Assembly (NCBI GenBank): GCA_002269645.1
Contig: NIVC01002696.1
Span: 18,278 to 82,277 of the forward strand
DNA: 64,000 bases
Source: Macrostomum lignano
Lineage: Eukaryota
Reading direction: 5' to 3'
Shown here in pieces: positions 46,511 to 60,180 of this stretch; the first letter of the stretch is position 1, and each line of letters begins with the position of its first letter. Made by a program: the position numbers and the translations under genes. The notes under the pieces were generated by a model that was not told the DNA's origin, did no database searches, and saw only the letters and a program-made list of their open reading frames with translations.

Positions 46511-48442
46511 CTTCAGACTTGGGGCCCTGGGATTTTGGGAATTGGGCGGGACCCGGGAGTTCCTTGCAATAGAATCCATTATTATCGACCTTTTTTATCC
46601 TGTGCACGATCTGTACGTTCTTTAGAGGCACAGAAATGTAGCATTACATTCAGCACTGAAAATAATATTATATACTGCATGTATGCAAAATTATAATTTT
46701 CCTTCAACTGGCATGGCGTTCTGCATTTGGTTCATGGTTAAACAAATTAAGTTCGGGCAGAACATACTATTTATCAGCTGCATCAGTGGCGCGTGCCATC
46801 TATTGCCATCAATCCAGCTGCTATCAATCGCTAAAGAAAAAAATAAATTCACTAATTAATTTATCGCGTGATAAACGGGGCTTTGCTGGCGTTAAGAACA
46901 CGAAACTCTTAATGAAAAAAAATTCTCGAGTAAGCTGTCTGTGTTTACTCACATGGATTTTTCAGCTGGTTTGAAATCTATCTGGGGTCATGGCGGCATT
47001 GCATGGCGCTGCCTGCTGAACCCAAGGATTGCATGGGCTTCTTCTGCTTCTACGCTTAACGAGATTCTCCTTTCATAGTGTGGGTGAGAGGCTGAGAGAA
47101 GAATCAGAGTGAGATGGTGAGATGGAGAATAAGAGAGAAAAGGGGCAGAGGGGAAAGAAGGAGAGGAAAGGGAGTGAGGAGACTGGAGAGGGGGAGGGAG
47201 AGGGATAGAGGAAGAGGGAAAGAGGAGAGACAGAGAGAGAGAGAGGGGGGGAGAGCGAGAGGGAGATAGTGAGATAGGGAGAGAGGGGGATAGAGGGGGA
47301 TGGGAGAGGGAGAGAGGGGAGGGAGATAGGGAGATAGGGAGAGGAGATAGGGGGAGAGAGGCAGACGGGACAGAAGGGGGATAAGGAGGACAGAGATACA
47401 AAGGGAGAAAGGGGGGAAGAGAGAAGAGAGGTGGCGAAACGATCACTTGTCAATCAGTTTCAATAGCTTAGAAAAGCTATTTAATTTCCTGGTGCCGAGA
47501 GTAAAAATGAGAAAAAAACGTGTTCCACTACTACTAAGCCAGTACTATCAAAGGCGTATTGCACAGTGCTTTAGTAGCGCAGCATTTTTACTGCAAAAAA
47601 ATCCTGTATAATTCTGCTCCGATCGAGCCGAAACAGATATTCGCATAGGCTATGCAGTCAATCGATAAAAATACTGCATTAAAATGAAATAATTAGCCAA
47701 TAGACTATTTGCCTCTGTAGGTATAGCACCTATAGAATATGCAGCATGCATACCATTAATGAGACTCCAATCCTAACTACAGGTAAAATGGCGCCTCGCA
47801 ATGTACCAATGCTAATTGCTAGTTGGCCCACAGGTGTCTAGATAACCCTATTACTAGTATTGCCATATTCCAAGCCAAAACAAACACACCTTTTACAAAG
47901 CCGGTGTCTAAAATATGCTATAAATAGAAACAAGAAAAGCTCTCGCAATAACCTCGGGTGAAAAGGCTAAGGAAAATGTAGTATATTATGGATTAAAATT
48001 GCTACATTAAGGCTAAGTTTATAGAATTGAAACTGCGCACATGGCTTAAAATTTATAATAAGCGAAATTTTGGGACATTCTTACTACTGATTAATGCACA
48101 AATAAAAAACAAAATTACTTTGGGCATTCAATTTGTCTTTTTTTTCAACTTGCTAAACTAAAATCCTCCTGTTTGATATGCATCGTTTATTTAAGCTGGA
48201 GAATTGTTTCTTGTTAATTCTTATTCAAAGCATGCAAACTGGGTCTTGTTTGGTGCAGAGATTATACAGAATTACACGACAGCTAATGCCGACACAATTG
48301 TAAGTAGGATAGCATAGCAGCAAAATCAAGGCTGCACTTTTAACAGTGCGTACAGACTATTAATCTCATGATTGAGAGCGAGGCTAAGGCAGACTCAATA
48401 TAACACATCTGCTAGAGGGGCATGCAGTGGAGACAGAGGAGT

Positions 48443-48482
<40 letters not shown>

Positions 48483-48541
48483 GGCAGACAGGCAGGCAGA
48501 CAGGCAGACAGACAGACAGACAGGCAGGCAGGCAGGCAGGC

Positions 48542-48594
<53 letters not shown>

Positions 48595-48820
48595 CACACT
48601 AAGACAGATAGACAGATACAGACAGAAAGACAGACAGACAAACAGAAAGACATACTGACAGACAGACAGACACTAAGACAGATAGACAGATACAGACAGA
48701 AAGACAGACAGACAAACAGAAAGACATACTGACAGACAGACAGACACTAAGACATTCAGACAGACAGAGACAGACAGACAAACAGACACACACTAAGACA
48801 GACAGTAAGACAGACACGGA
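48443..48820. repeat. (GACA)n microsatellite
   Basis: Direct observation. Confidence 0.95.
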
Positions 48821-49432
48821 CAGTAAATACGAAGGCAATAAGCAGTCCACAGTGCAGCAATAAATAGTAGAGATTTGAGAAGTTTGAGAAGAGACAATTC
48901 AATAAAATCAAATACAATTAAGCACAAAATAGTATGAAAAAATATTAATTCTCGTATATCTATTCTCACACACAGGTAGGATACAGTGAGAACAATTAAC
49001 CAAAAACAGTTAGTCCAGAATTTATAAGCACACGGGAGCAATGAAAATGAAAATTACACAAGTTAAAGAAATCAATCAGGAAATGTTCCGCACAAGCTGG
49101 GAATGGATTGAAAATATTTATAAATATTTCACTAATACAAAACTGTAGATAGAAGGCTGCAGACAAATCCAACCCTGTTTCATAGGCAAGTAAGTGAAAA
49201 TGTGCAGAGAATTAGAAAAATTCAAACACTTGGATTTACTGAAAATAAGTTTACAGCCATAACATTACACAGATTAAATAAAGTCACTGGAATACCAAAA
49301 AATTTTTAGGTTGTAAGTAAAATAATAACTCGATAGAGATAAATATTAATTGGCAGAAACTGTTCAACAGTTGCGTGGGAATGTGCTGGATTAGTAAAGG
49401 ACGCTATTTGAAATTGAACGCCAAAATCTGTG

Positions 49433-50260
49433 TCTCTTCAAAATCTCACCCCTATAGACAGAAGTGTCTCTTCAAATCTCACCCCTTTAGACAGAAGTGT
49501 CTCTTCAAAATCTCACCCCTATAGACAGAAGTGTCTCTTCAAATCTCACCCCTTTAGACAGAAGTGTCTCTTCAAAATCTCACCCCTATAGACAGAAGTG
49601 TCTCTTCAAAATCTCACCCCTATAGACCGAAGTGTCTTTTCAAAGTCTCACCCCTTTAGACAGAAGTGTCTCTTCAAAATCTCACCCCTATAGACCGAAG
49701 TGTCTTTTCAAAGTCTCACCCCTTTAGACAGAAGTGTCTTCAAAGTTTCACCCCTTTAGACAGAAGTGTCTGTTCAAAATCTCACCCCTATAGACCGAAG
49801 TGTCTTTTCAAAGTCTCACCCCTTTAGACCGAAGTGTCTTTTCAAAGTCTCACCCCTATAGACAGAAGTGTCTCTTCAAAATCTCACCCTTTAGACAGAA
49901 GTGTCTGTTTAAAATCTCACCCCTATAGACAGAAGTGTCTTTTCAAAATCTCACCCCTTTAGACAGAAGTGTCTGTTTAAAATCTCACCCCTATAGACAG
50001 AAGTGTCTTTTCAAAGTCTCACCCCTTTAGACAGAAGTGTCTTCAAAGTTTCACCCCTTTAGACAGAAGTGTCTTTTCAAAGTCTCACCCCTTTAGACAG
50101 AAGTGTCTGTTCAAAGTCTCACCCCTATAGACAGAAGTGTCTTTTCAAAGTCTCACCCCTTTAGACAGAAGTGTCTGTTCAAAGTCTCACCCCTTTAGAC
50201 AGAAGTGTCTCTTCAAAATCTCACCCCATTAAACAGAAGTGTCTCTTCAAAATCTCACCT
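49433..50260. repeat. ~33-bp minisatellite (ctcacccctttagacagaagtgtct...)
   Basis: Tandem copies. Confidence 0.93.
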
Positions 50261-50673
50261 ATCTCCCTTGGAAGGATTAAGCGCTTCAAAATCACATTCT
50301 CATTCCGTAAGAATTTACCACTAATTAAAAAAACGTGATGCGACTAATTAAGAGAACCCAGTACCTCTTATGACTTCACTAGATAAGATAATTTATAAAA
50401 GTGCATCGACTGACTACATAAGCTGGACAGCTATTAACATACAACTAGACATTATGCAACTATATTATATATAAGCAAGACAGTGTAGATTCCGATAAAA
50501 AAATGGTTTAACAAAAAAATCAACTCTAAATTACAATTGATAACCATCGGCATCATCAGAAGGTGCTACATTTGTAAAAATAAACAATATTATAGGATAA
50601 TTTTAAGATAATTAATGGAATGAATTTACATTATTTTTAAGCGTCAATCAACATCTAATCAACCAGCACAGCA

Positions 50674-52859
50674 TCACAGGGTGTCATCCGGTGCACCGTA
50701 GGCAGCCGCCGTTGGCAATGAGCCACTGTGTGCGTGATGACGAGGTACTCCGGGCGCCGCGGCTGCTGACGCCTGCACCTGACGATAGCTGCCGGCTCCG
50801 ATGCCGCCTCGAGAGATGCCGCCGCTGTCGCTATGGTAACTGCGAGCGTCCGAGTTGGATTCGTGCGACAATTGGCTGGCGCGAGAACGGCGGTTTGTTT
50901 GCAGACAGGTGCTCTGATTCACTGGCTTTGTAGTGAGGATTAGATTGGAGCTGTTTGCCACCATCATGTCCGTTACCTGAGGGCGGGTGCGGATTGCCTT
51001 TGGATTAATCTGCTACCTGGTGGGATTAATTGAGATAATCGGCTACCTGATACGGATTAATTAGGATAATCTGCTACCTGGTGGGGATTAATTAGGATAA
51101 TCTGCTACCTGGTGGGTGATTAATTAGGATAATCTGCTACCTGGTGGGGATTAATAAGGATAATCTGCTACCTGGTGGGGATTAATAAGGATAATCTGCT
51201 ACCTGGTGGGGATTAATAAGGATAATCTGCTACCTGGTGGGGATTATTAAGGATAATCTGCCACCTGATGAGTGATTAATTAGGATAATCTGCTACCTGA
51301 TGAGTGATTAATTAGGATAATCTGCTACCTGATGAGTGATTAATTAGGATAATCTGCTACCTGATCCAAGGTCTTGCCGGTGACCTCGATCCCGTTGACC
51401 TCAATAACCTCATCGTTCACAGCCAGCAGTCCGGTGCTCTCGGCTAAGCCGCCCTGCATAAGGCGTGATATAAAAATTGCCGGCACTTTTTCTATGCCGT
51501 TCGGCGTCACGCGGATCGACGTGCCGTCGCGAATGTAGAATCCCAGCGGCTTCGAGCTGCTGCGCATCAGCTTCACGCGGCGATAGGACTCCGGCACAAT
51601 GTCTACATCAATAATTGAGGACACTTTGCGGAAATCTTCCAGCACGGTGATTCGACGGTTGGGCGCAGGCGCAGCGGCGCTAGACGAAGAGGATGACGCG
51701 AAAGGGCCGACGGCGAAACGGGATTTCTGATGACGCCGGGTCTGCGGTAGATCTGACAGGTAGCCGGTGTACTCTTCTTTGCGGAATACCTGCGGGGGTT
51801 TCCAGGGAACTCGGACGGTTTTAGACTGTACAATTGCAGATGTACATTGCTGTAGATACCCAGTGTACAATGCTGTAAATACCCAGTGTACATTGCTGTA
51901 AATACCCAGTGCACATTGCTGTAAATACTCAGTGTACATTGCTGTAAATACCCAGTGTACATTGCTGTAAATACTCAGTGTACATTGCTGTAAATACCCA
52001 GTGTACATTGCTGTAAATACTCAGTGTACATTGCTGTAAATACCCAGTGTACATTGCTGTAAATACTCAGTGTACATTGCTGTAAATACCCAGTGTACAT
52101 TGCTGTAAATACCCAGTGTACATTGCTGTAAATACTCAGTGTACGTTGCTGTAAATACCCAGTGTACATTGCTGTAAATACTCAGTGTACGTTGCTGTAA
52201 ATACCCAGTGTACATTGCTGTAAATACTCAGTGTACGTTGCTGTAAATACCCACTCTCAATTGCTGTAAATACCCACTCTCAATTGCTGTAAATACCCAC
52301 TCTCAATTGCTGTAAATACCCAAGCGCACAATGATGCAATGCCCAGTTTACATTGCTCTAAATACCTACTGTACGTGCCATAAATACCCACTGTATATTA
52401 TCGTACATACCTAGTGTACATTGCTATAATTATTCATACATCTATTTATACTTATAAGTACAAAGCCCACTGAATATTGCTACAAACACCAAGTGTGTAC
52501 AATTCTGTAAAAATCCACTGTAAATTACTGTAAACAATGTACACTGCTCTATATTTATTGTCAGTCTTGAATGTTTAGGGTTTAAATTTGGTCATAGTAG
52601 ACCCTGTGTGTGAAGCACTCACTTGCAACCTGAGCAGACCGTTTGCATTGGACACAGCATGTGCCAGATTGTCGGCATTGTTAATTGGCAAAACATCATC
52701 ATCTCGGGCAGAATAGAATATTAGAAATGGCTGATCAGAGAGCAGGTGCAACTGTTGCAATAGGAGGTAGAATTTGTTGAATGGATCGATGCTGCTGTTG
52801 CTGCTGCCAAAGCTGTACTCTGCCTTGGTTATTGAGAATCGACGGAACTCAGCGCCAAA
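50674..52859 (-). CDS. PARD6: Par-6 polarity protein; exons 52859-52623, ~51825-51361, 50976-50674 (first exon not located)
   Basis: PB1 FGAEFRRF...[11 protein letters not shown]; semi-[20 protein letters not shown]; [13 protein letters not shown]...[24 protein letters not shown]|[12 protein letters not shown]; GT-AG junctions. Confidence 0.93.
51005..51360. repeat. ~29-bp intronic minisatellite (Par-6)
   Basis: ggataatctgctacctggtggggattaat tandem copies. Confidence 0.9.
51840..52330. repeat. 22-bp intronic minisatellite (Par-6)
   Basis: cagtgtacattgctgtaaatac(c/t) tandem copies. Confidence 0.92.
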
Positions 52860-53168
52860 CTGTTTAAAAATAGAATTTTTGTTTATTCTTCAACATTTTA
52901 TTTTAATGCATAAAAATCAAGGATTTATTATCAACACTTGTTTCAATATCAATAATTTTGGTTGGGATGGTGGGGGCTTAAGTTAAGACAAATAAAGCCA
53001 ATAAGGAAGCTGCCCAGCATTTGCCACTATCAAAAAACTAGATTGCAAAGGAGGCTTCTTGGAAATCAACTGATAAGTAGGCCATTGCCCTCACAGAAGA
53101 TCTTGGTAAAACTTGGAGATTTTGTTACTTTAGTTACTTGAACAATTTAAGAAAAGATTTGTTAGGAG

Positions 53169-53888
53169 TAGAGATGTTCCGAAATTTCAATTTTGATTTC
53201 AATTTTCCAAAATTTGGATTTTTTTAGAACAAATTTTGATTTTGAAAAAATTTTGGAAGTCAAAATTTTGGAAGTGCCTACTTCCGATATTTTTTATCCA
53301 ATTTTAGTTTTTTTAGTACTTTGTTACTGTCTTTTATCGGTGATACCAGGGTATTATTACAATTTTTACATGTAAAACTATTTGAATTTGTTAAAACTAT
53401 TCCATGCATGTAGGACATGTAACATGTAGTTTGTGGAACTGTAAATTTTTGTAAATTTTGTTGCACTTTAAAGCTGCAAAAGCATCTGCAGATTATTGCA
53501 TATTTTTCGCATTTTACAGTACATATATGTACATTTACTGTACATGTACATGCATTATCATTTACACAATATCAGTTATTGCTAGTCATGCAGTGATAAT
53601 TGTACATTTTAACTGTACATTTTATACACGTACAACTCAGTATGTGGTTTTCGTGTCAAAATTTTTTTTGCATTTAAAAGTGGCAATGAGGGATTCTACT
53701 TATTTAGTGGCTGAAAATGAACAAACTTTTGCTAAATATACATGTATTTTGTTTTGTATGAGCAGTAAATCGAAAGTAGAAAAGTGAGTGTCGGTTTTAC
53801 TAAACTTTGTTTTTCTGAATTTTGATTTTGGAAAATTTCAATTTCGATTTCAATTTTGACAAAAAATTTGCTTTTTGGAACATCTCTA
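53169..53888. mobile_element. Non-autonomous hAT-type DNA transposon (720 bp)
   Basis: TIRs TAGAGATGTTCC/GGAACATCTCTA; 8-bp TSD GTTAGGAG/GTTAGGAA (7 of 8). Confidence 0.75.
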
Positions 53889-56079
53889 GTTAGGAAAGAG
53901 AAAAAGAAAGGAAGAGAAGAAAGAAAATAGGGAAAAGGGAAGAAAGGAGAGAGAAGAAAAAAGGGGCAATGAAGAGAGGGAAAAGAAAAGAGGAGGGAAA
54001 AGGGAATAGAAAAGAGTAGAAAAGAGAGAGAGAATAATCAAAAAGGTCTAGGGGTTGGATAAGATCTTGATCTTATTCTTAATCATCAAGGTCTTGGCAC
54101 TTTTTTAAATCTTAATCTTAGTTTTGATATTTCAAAAAGTCAAGATCTTGATCTTATTCTTAATCATCAAGGTCTTGGCACTTTTTTAAATCTTAATCTT
54201 AGTTTTAAGATTTCAAAAAGTCAAGATTTGTTATTTATATGACTATTTGGGACTATGATATTATGGCAATCTTCTAGTTTGTTATGGGATATTTTAATGT
54301 TTGAATTGGTGTTGCAACATAGTGCCATGGTAGAAAATAATGTTTAGGGCTAAAAAGGATAAGAAATGGTATCAGAAAATGCTCTAGCCTCTAGCTCTAC
54401 TTATTGCCTTATTTATTGCTCTATCTGATATAGTCTACTAGCATTAGTCTAGATATGGGTATAGATATAGGAAACTTTGGTTATGGTAGAACTTTATTCT
54501 ACTCATTCTAGACTCCAGATAGTATGCATATACATTAGAAAATTCTAATGAATAGAAGGACTTAGAATATATAATTGGAATACAATTTGGCATACAGAGG
54601 GGCCTAGCCCAAGTATGTATCTTGGTATACAAAGATTGCCAAGATAGTAGTTAGGACCAAGTTCAGAGTCTCAACCAATGTATACAACTAGTAAACAAAC
54701 TAGTAAACAAAGAGGACCAAGTTTAAGTAGTTTAGCAAAGTCTCTACATGCATAGTTGGGATAGCTAAATTTTGATAAAAAAAATATAACTCCCAAAAAA
54801 TTATTGTATAATTAAATTAAAAATTGGATTCAATTTTTTTAGAAAGTTGAAAATAAAACAAAAATGATTTAAATAAAACTAGTTCTTTATAGTTTGCAAA
54901 ATACTAATGAGTTTCTATTTACCTTTTTTGCAAAAATGAAAAAATAATTGGCTAAAATATAATTTGACACTTATCCTTTTTGTTTTAGCATTTTCATATG
55001 GGATAACAAATCTAATGGTATACATTGATGTATAAGATATTCTAGTATATACCACACTCCAGATCATATACACCCAAAAATTTGAGTATACATTGGCCTT
55101 GCACACCTAAATTAGGCATGCACAGTTGGCATGTACTTTATAGAATCACACTACACATGCATTAAGAGTTATTATAAAGTAGAAAAAATGAAAGAAGTTT
55201 ATTTTTAAGCATAAATTTCAAGCTTTCTGGTCTTTTTAAGCTTGCAATAAAGCATTTAAACAAATCTTTACATGTATCAATTTTCCACTATAAATAAATT
55301 TCCAAAAAAGCATAAAAATCAACCAAATTATTTGCTAATTAAGGTTTATTAAGCAATTTAAAAAGGTCATTTATTGTCACAATGTAAAAAGGTCATTTAT
55401 TATTTCAACATTGGCATATTTTTGAGAATGGGCATGCACACACTTTTTATTGGCATGCATTTATACTAATTCAATTTTTGTTCAGGCATATACCTAGCAT
55501 GATCCAGACTATGGAGTATATATTGGTATGTAGCGTATTCATTATATTATAAGTATTGAAGCGTATTTCTATTTTCTATAATATTCTATAACATGTTTAA
55601 ATCTTCATATTCTAGAAAGTTTTCCAACTGAACAATGTGCGTATACGGTATAAGATAGCATACTATAAGTACAATACTTATATTCTAGAAACTTCCGCGT
55701 AAACACGCACTTTCTATATTTGGTATTTTGAACTCCCGCGCACCTCTTTCTAAAAACCGCTTCTCGAACTTTCCGGATTCCGGAATGTTCTATCAACACA
55801 TATATAAATATATAGCACCCTAACACGCAATTACTCAATTCTCTCTATTCTTTTCCACACGGAAAACAATCAAAGAAAAATTAAAGCAAATGAACCACCG
55901 CATTTCACGCCTTAATTATTTTCGCAATCCTACAACTGGTCCGGTGAGGCATTCACTGTCAAACAGCAACAATGTCAATAGAAGCAACATCTGGTACTGC
56001 ACAGACTGCCAATGCAGGGAATGCTCCAATGGCTTCAAACTCAGCATCAGTGGAACATCCGAACCCGATTGAGGAGTCA

Positions 56080-56510
56080 TCACTAGCCACGGTAAGCCTC
56101 AAAATACCTTCTTTTTACAGAAACAACCCTGAAGCCTGGTTTTAGATGCTGGACGCCCAGTTTAAGCTGCGGAACATCACGTCGGAGAAGACTCACTTCA
56201 GTCATCTCATCTGCTAGCTCCCGGAAGACATCGCGTCCATTTTCATCTCTACGACCACGCCAGCAAACTACAGCGACTTGAAGAAAGCCATGCTTGCCAT
56301 GCTCCAGAAAAGCAAGCAGGACAAAATCAACGAGGTCATAAACACATCGGACCTGGGTGGCGACAAACCATCTGTTTTCGTCAAGCGTCTGACATCTAAG
56401 ATGGCTCAGTGTGGCCTACAAGATAATCCAGATATGGTAAAGGCCACGCTGATTCGTTGTCTACCACCCGAACTGCAACGCCATCTGGCCTGCTTTCAAG
56501 AGATTCTTTG
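56080..56510 (+). pseudogene. Decayed Ty3/Gypsy gag fragment
   Basis: VSLKIPSFYRNNPEAWF*MLDAQFKLRNITSEETHFSHLIC*LPED...LGGDKPS with in-frame stops. Confidence 0.75.
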
Positions 56511-59500
56511 CATGACAAGTTTGGAACAAAAAGTTGCGCACATTTTTTTTCGCGCAAGTTTTTTACCTGTAAATGCGCAAGTTGTTAGCCACTTGAATTT
56601 TTTAACTACTTTTTTATGATGTTTTATAAAAGTTTAAATAAATCCTTAAAAATTAATAAATTTTTATTTTATTATTTTCAGTTTGATGTAGTTCTTGATA
56701 GCTTTGTTTTTAAAGTTATAATAACTTTGTTTTACTGTGACAAGTGCAATATTCAAACTTTCAATGAAATTATGCATGATTTCTAAGAATATTAAGCTGC
56801 CTGCACATAAGCTTTTTAAAGTTGCGCAAGTTCGCTAGAAATGTGCGCCCATATGCGCAAGTTTTTGTTAGCGTGCACAGAACGCGTCCAGGATTTTGTA
56901 CAAAAATTCCATCCTAGCACATTTTGATACTAGTAGTTATTAAATATTAAAGCTATATAGGATTTCAACTAAGCTTTTTTGCATTTAGTAGATAACAAAC
57001 TATTTAAATAATTGATTTAAAATATTATGAATTTTATACAAAAAAAATAAATAAAATGAAAATGAAAAATTGCAAATTATAAATGAAATCAATACTTACT
57101 CTACTCTTAACTTCAAGAACATTTCCAGGAAGAGTCATTGCTGACAAAAAGGTAGAAAATTAAGATTTGAACAAAACAGTTTCTTAAATCTTGTTAGGGG
57201 GGCCTATAGACTTTTTAGTTACTTCTTTCTTTGAAACTTTGGCTAAAAGTTTACAGCAATTTAAATGGACAAATAGCTAATTGGATGAGTGCTTAACAAA
57301 CAACTATAACTATCTAAGAGTAAGACTCTAAGTGAACATCTTATTGGTTGATTTTTCTTTGAAATTAAAAAAGGCAATTTTAAAGATAGGAATTGTGTGG
57401 TGTGCCAATGCTAAGCCAAGGCAAATTATTGTGAATTTAAAATCAATACTATTTCTAGCAAGCAACCTTAGCCTTTAAGCAATAAAAGTTTTACAGTAAT
57501 TTCCATTGTCACTGGCATAAAGAAAGAATACTAGTATTAATGGGCCTACTTCCCTTATCACTGCATCTCCATCAGTCAGGGCTCAGGTCTGTATTTTTCC
57601 TGTCTGGCAAGGACTAGACTAGAGAAGCCACAAAATATTACAACCTAAACTAAAGTTGGATTTGTCTTATAATTTATCTGAGCAAACCAAAACCTTTATT
57701 CAAGCTTTAATTGACAGAATGAGGCAGCCTGAATGCAATCACTGATTAAACGGATGTTGTTCGAGATCTACAATTTAAAACTCACGAAAATTTAAAGTTT
57801 TTTCTTAGAACCTTCTAGATTCCGCAAAAGGAAGTGTTAACAAAAGTATTAAAGATGGTTTGTTTCAGCAAACCTTTAAAACATAATTGTTCTTTTTAAG
57901 AGTTTTTAAAAGAACTTTTAACATAATTTTTTATTTTTTGGTCTTCTAATACATTTAATATTAATACAAATAAGCATATTTCAAAATTACAAGTAACGTG
58001 TACACTTTTTATAGTCCATGTTATAAAGAAAACTAATTTGATTTTCATGTTTAGTTTAACGGGTTCTAATCTACGTAGTAAATTTTGTCTCGAAATAAGG
58101 GTTGCAGAGATCAGAGAATTTTCAAGGAGTTTTTAACACTAAGATTACCATGATGGAATCAAAACATGCATTTTACGAATACCTGCATTAAACCCAAAAC
58201 TGGGCGTAGCTAGGAGCCATAAAATCTTAGAAATCTGCCAAAATTTCAATGCTTCCCCATTTTGGTGTCTTTTAATCTTTTATTAAATCAGGGAATATAT
58301 TCCAGCAGATTTTCGACATGAGCCCCTTTATTGATCATACTTTATCCTAGCTACTCGATCCACTAGCCCTATTTTTTTCGAAATCCACCCCACAAAAGAT
58401 CGCACCCCAGTAACACCACGGGTTAACCTACTTAATTCTTTGTTATCTTACACAAGAAGTGAATTAGTATACAGCAACAAATAATAAATATTAATTACAA
58501 GCAATCCTGCTCGAAGTTGTTAATATTGCAATACTGGTGCGACGAAGCAACGTGCCATTAAAATTCCCTTTTCGGCAATAGTTCAATTTTTAAAGACATT
58601 TTGAATTTATTCCGATAGTATATATTATATATAATAGTCTATATATTATCGTATATTTATAACTGTTGAATTTATTTGGTCATGTGCCAATCGTTAGTGC
58701 AGAAACAGATTTTTTAACAATACTCGTACATACATTAACTTATTTTACTTATTCGGCGCTCAATATAAGGTACAATTATGTTTCATCTAATCATGCTGTT
58801 CGATCTGGCTTGAAAATTGATTAGAAATTATAGCTGGGGCAAAAAATCATACACTATAAGCCAGGTACAGAAAAAACCATGCATAATTCTTGTGTATAAT
58901 TCTTGCTTTTTAGACTCATCCCAGAAAAATGGATAGGCATATAAGGGGGCATATTTACTGGTTAATAGCGCATATAGTCTGAATGATACAATTTATAATT
59001 CGTATTGCTATAAGAATGTTATACTTTTTGTAATAGCTTACTAAAATATTACCGATATAGAAACAAATCAAACATTACAAAAACTAAAAAAAAGGTGTAC
59101 AATTAGAGCGTACTTAGGGAGGGACAAAGATGATTAAAAAAAGTCGATACAGCAGGTTGTTTTGGGCAAAACAGTTGATAAATCTTGGATTGTTATAAAT
59201 TGATAAATTTTCATTAATGCATGCGATTAAATACATGTAATCAGTAAGAACTACATTTTTGCAAATTGTTGGTAACAAAACACTGTAAACACTGACTATA
59301 TCGATGCACGTCAAGAAAAATTGAAAATACAGCCAATAGTATTTGTTTAAATAGACCAGAAAATGTGCATTTTATTCATGTACGCTCATATTATTATAGA
59401 AATATATAATCTGAATTTAACTTTGTCACTAAATGTTATTGTGCGTGTAAAGTGCAATTATAGTAATACAAAAGGTGGAAACATCTGATTAAAATATACA

Positions 59501-60180
59501 CCATGAAGTCTTTGAAAGTTGTCTGACCAGCAAGGATTACGACAGACAATAATGAAGCTTTCTGAACCGCAGGACGAGGTTGCCTTACAGTCGCTGCTGA
59601 AGTGCTCAGAGAACCAAGAAACGAACAATTACATTTAATGTATAAGTAAATGAAGACATGTTTTATAAGGTATAAAATATAAAGCAAAGTTGAAGTCCTA
59701 GCTGAATAATATATCGAATTATAATAAGCTTACTGCCGGCATGCAATGTTGCATAAATTTATAGAATAGCAAAATGATATATAAATATGACATATTAGCT
59801 TATTATAATTAGTATAAATTTAAACAAAAACAGGAAAGATTATATAGAGAGAACTGGTGTATTTGGAAAATCAGAGCATAAGTGAGATAGAGAGGCAGAC
59901 AAATTTGTATTAGGCAAACCTGTTTAATGATATTTGTTAGACTCGGGTCGATTTTATAAGCAAAGCCTATTAAAAAAAGTTCGAATTCACAAACATTAAA
60001 ACTTATTATTAATATCATACTTGTAGTTAACTATAATTATTCTTCTTATTTAAAGAAAAGCCATAAGAAGCTCGGCTTGAATTACTTTAGTCTTTGTTCA
60101 GTTAATTAATAAATCACAATCAGTCAATCGTACGTGCAATAATATATAATGGAGTTCAAATAGGATTTTGAATCTGCATC

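Noticed and set aside
41890-48850. R/E-rich, S/L-rich and CLSV-repeat ORFs
   Set aside because: Translations of GA-rich and GACA microsatellites.
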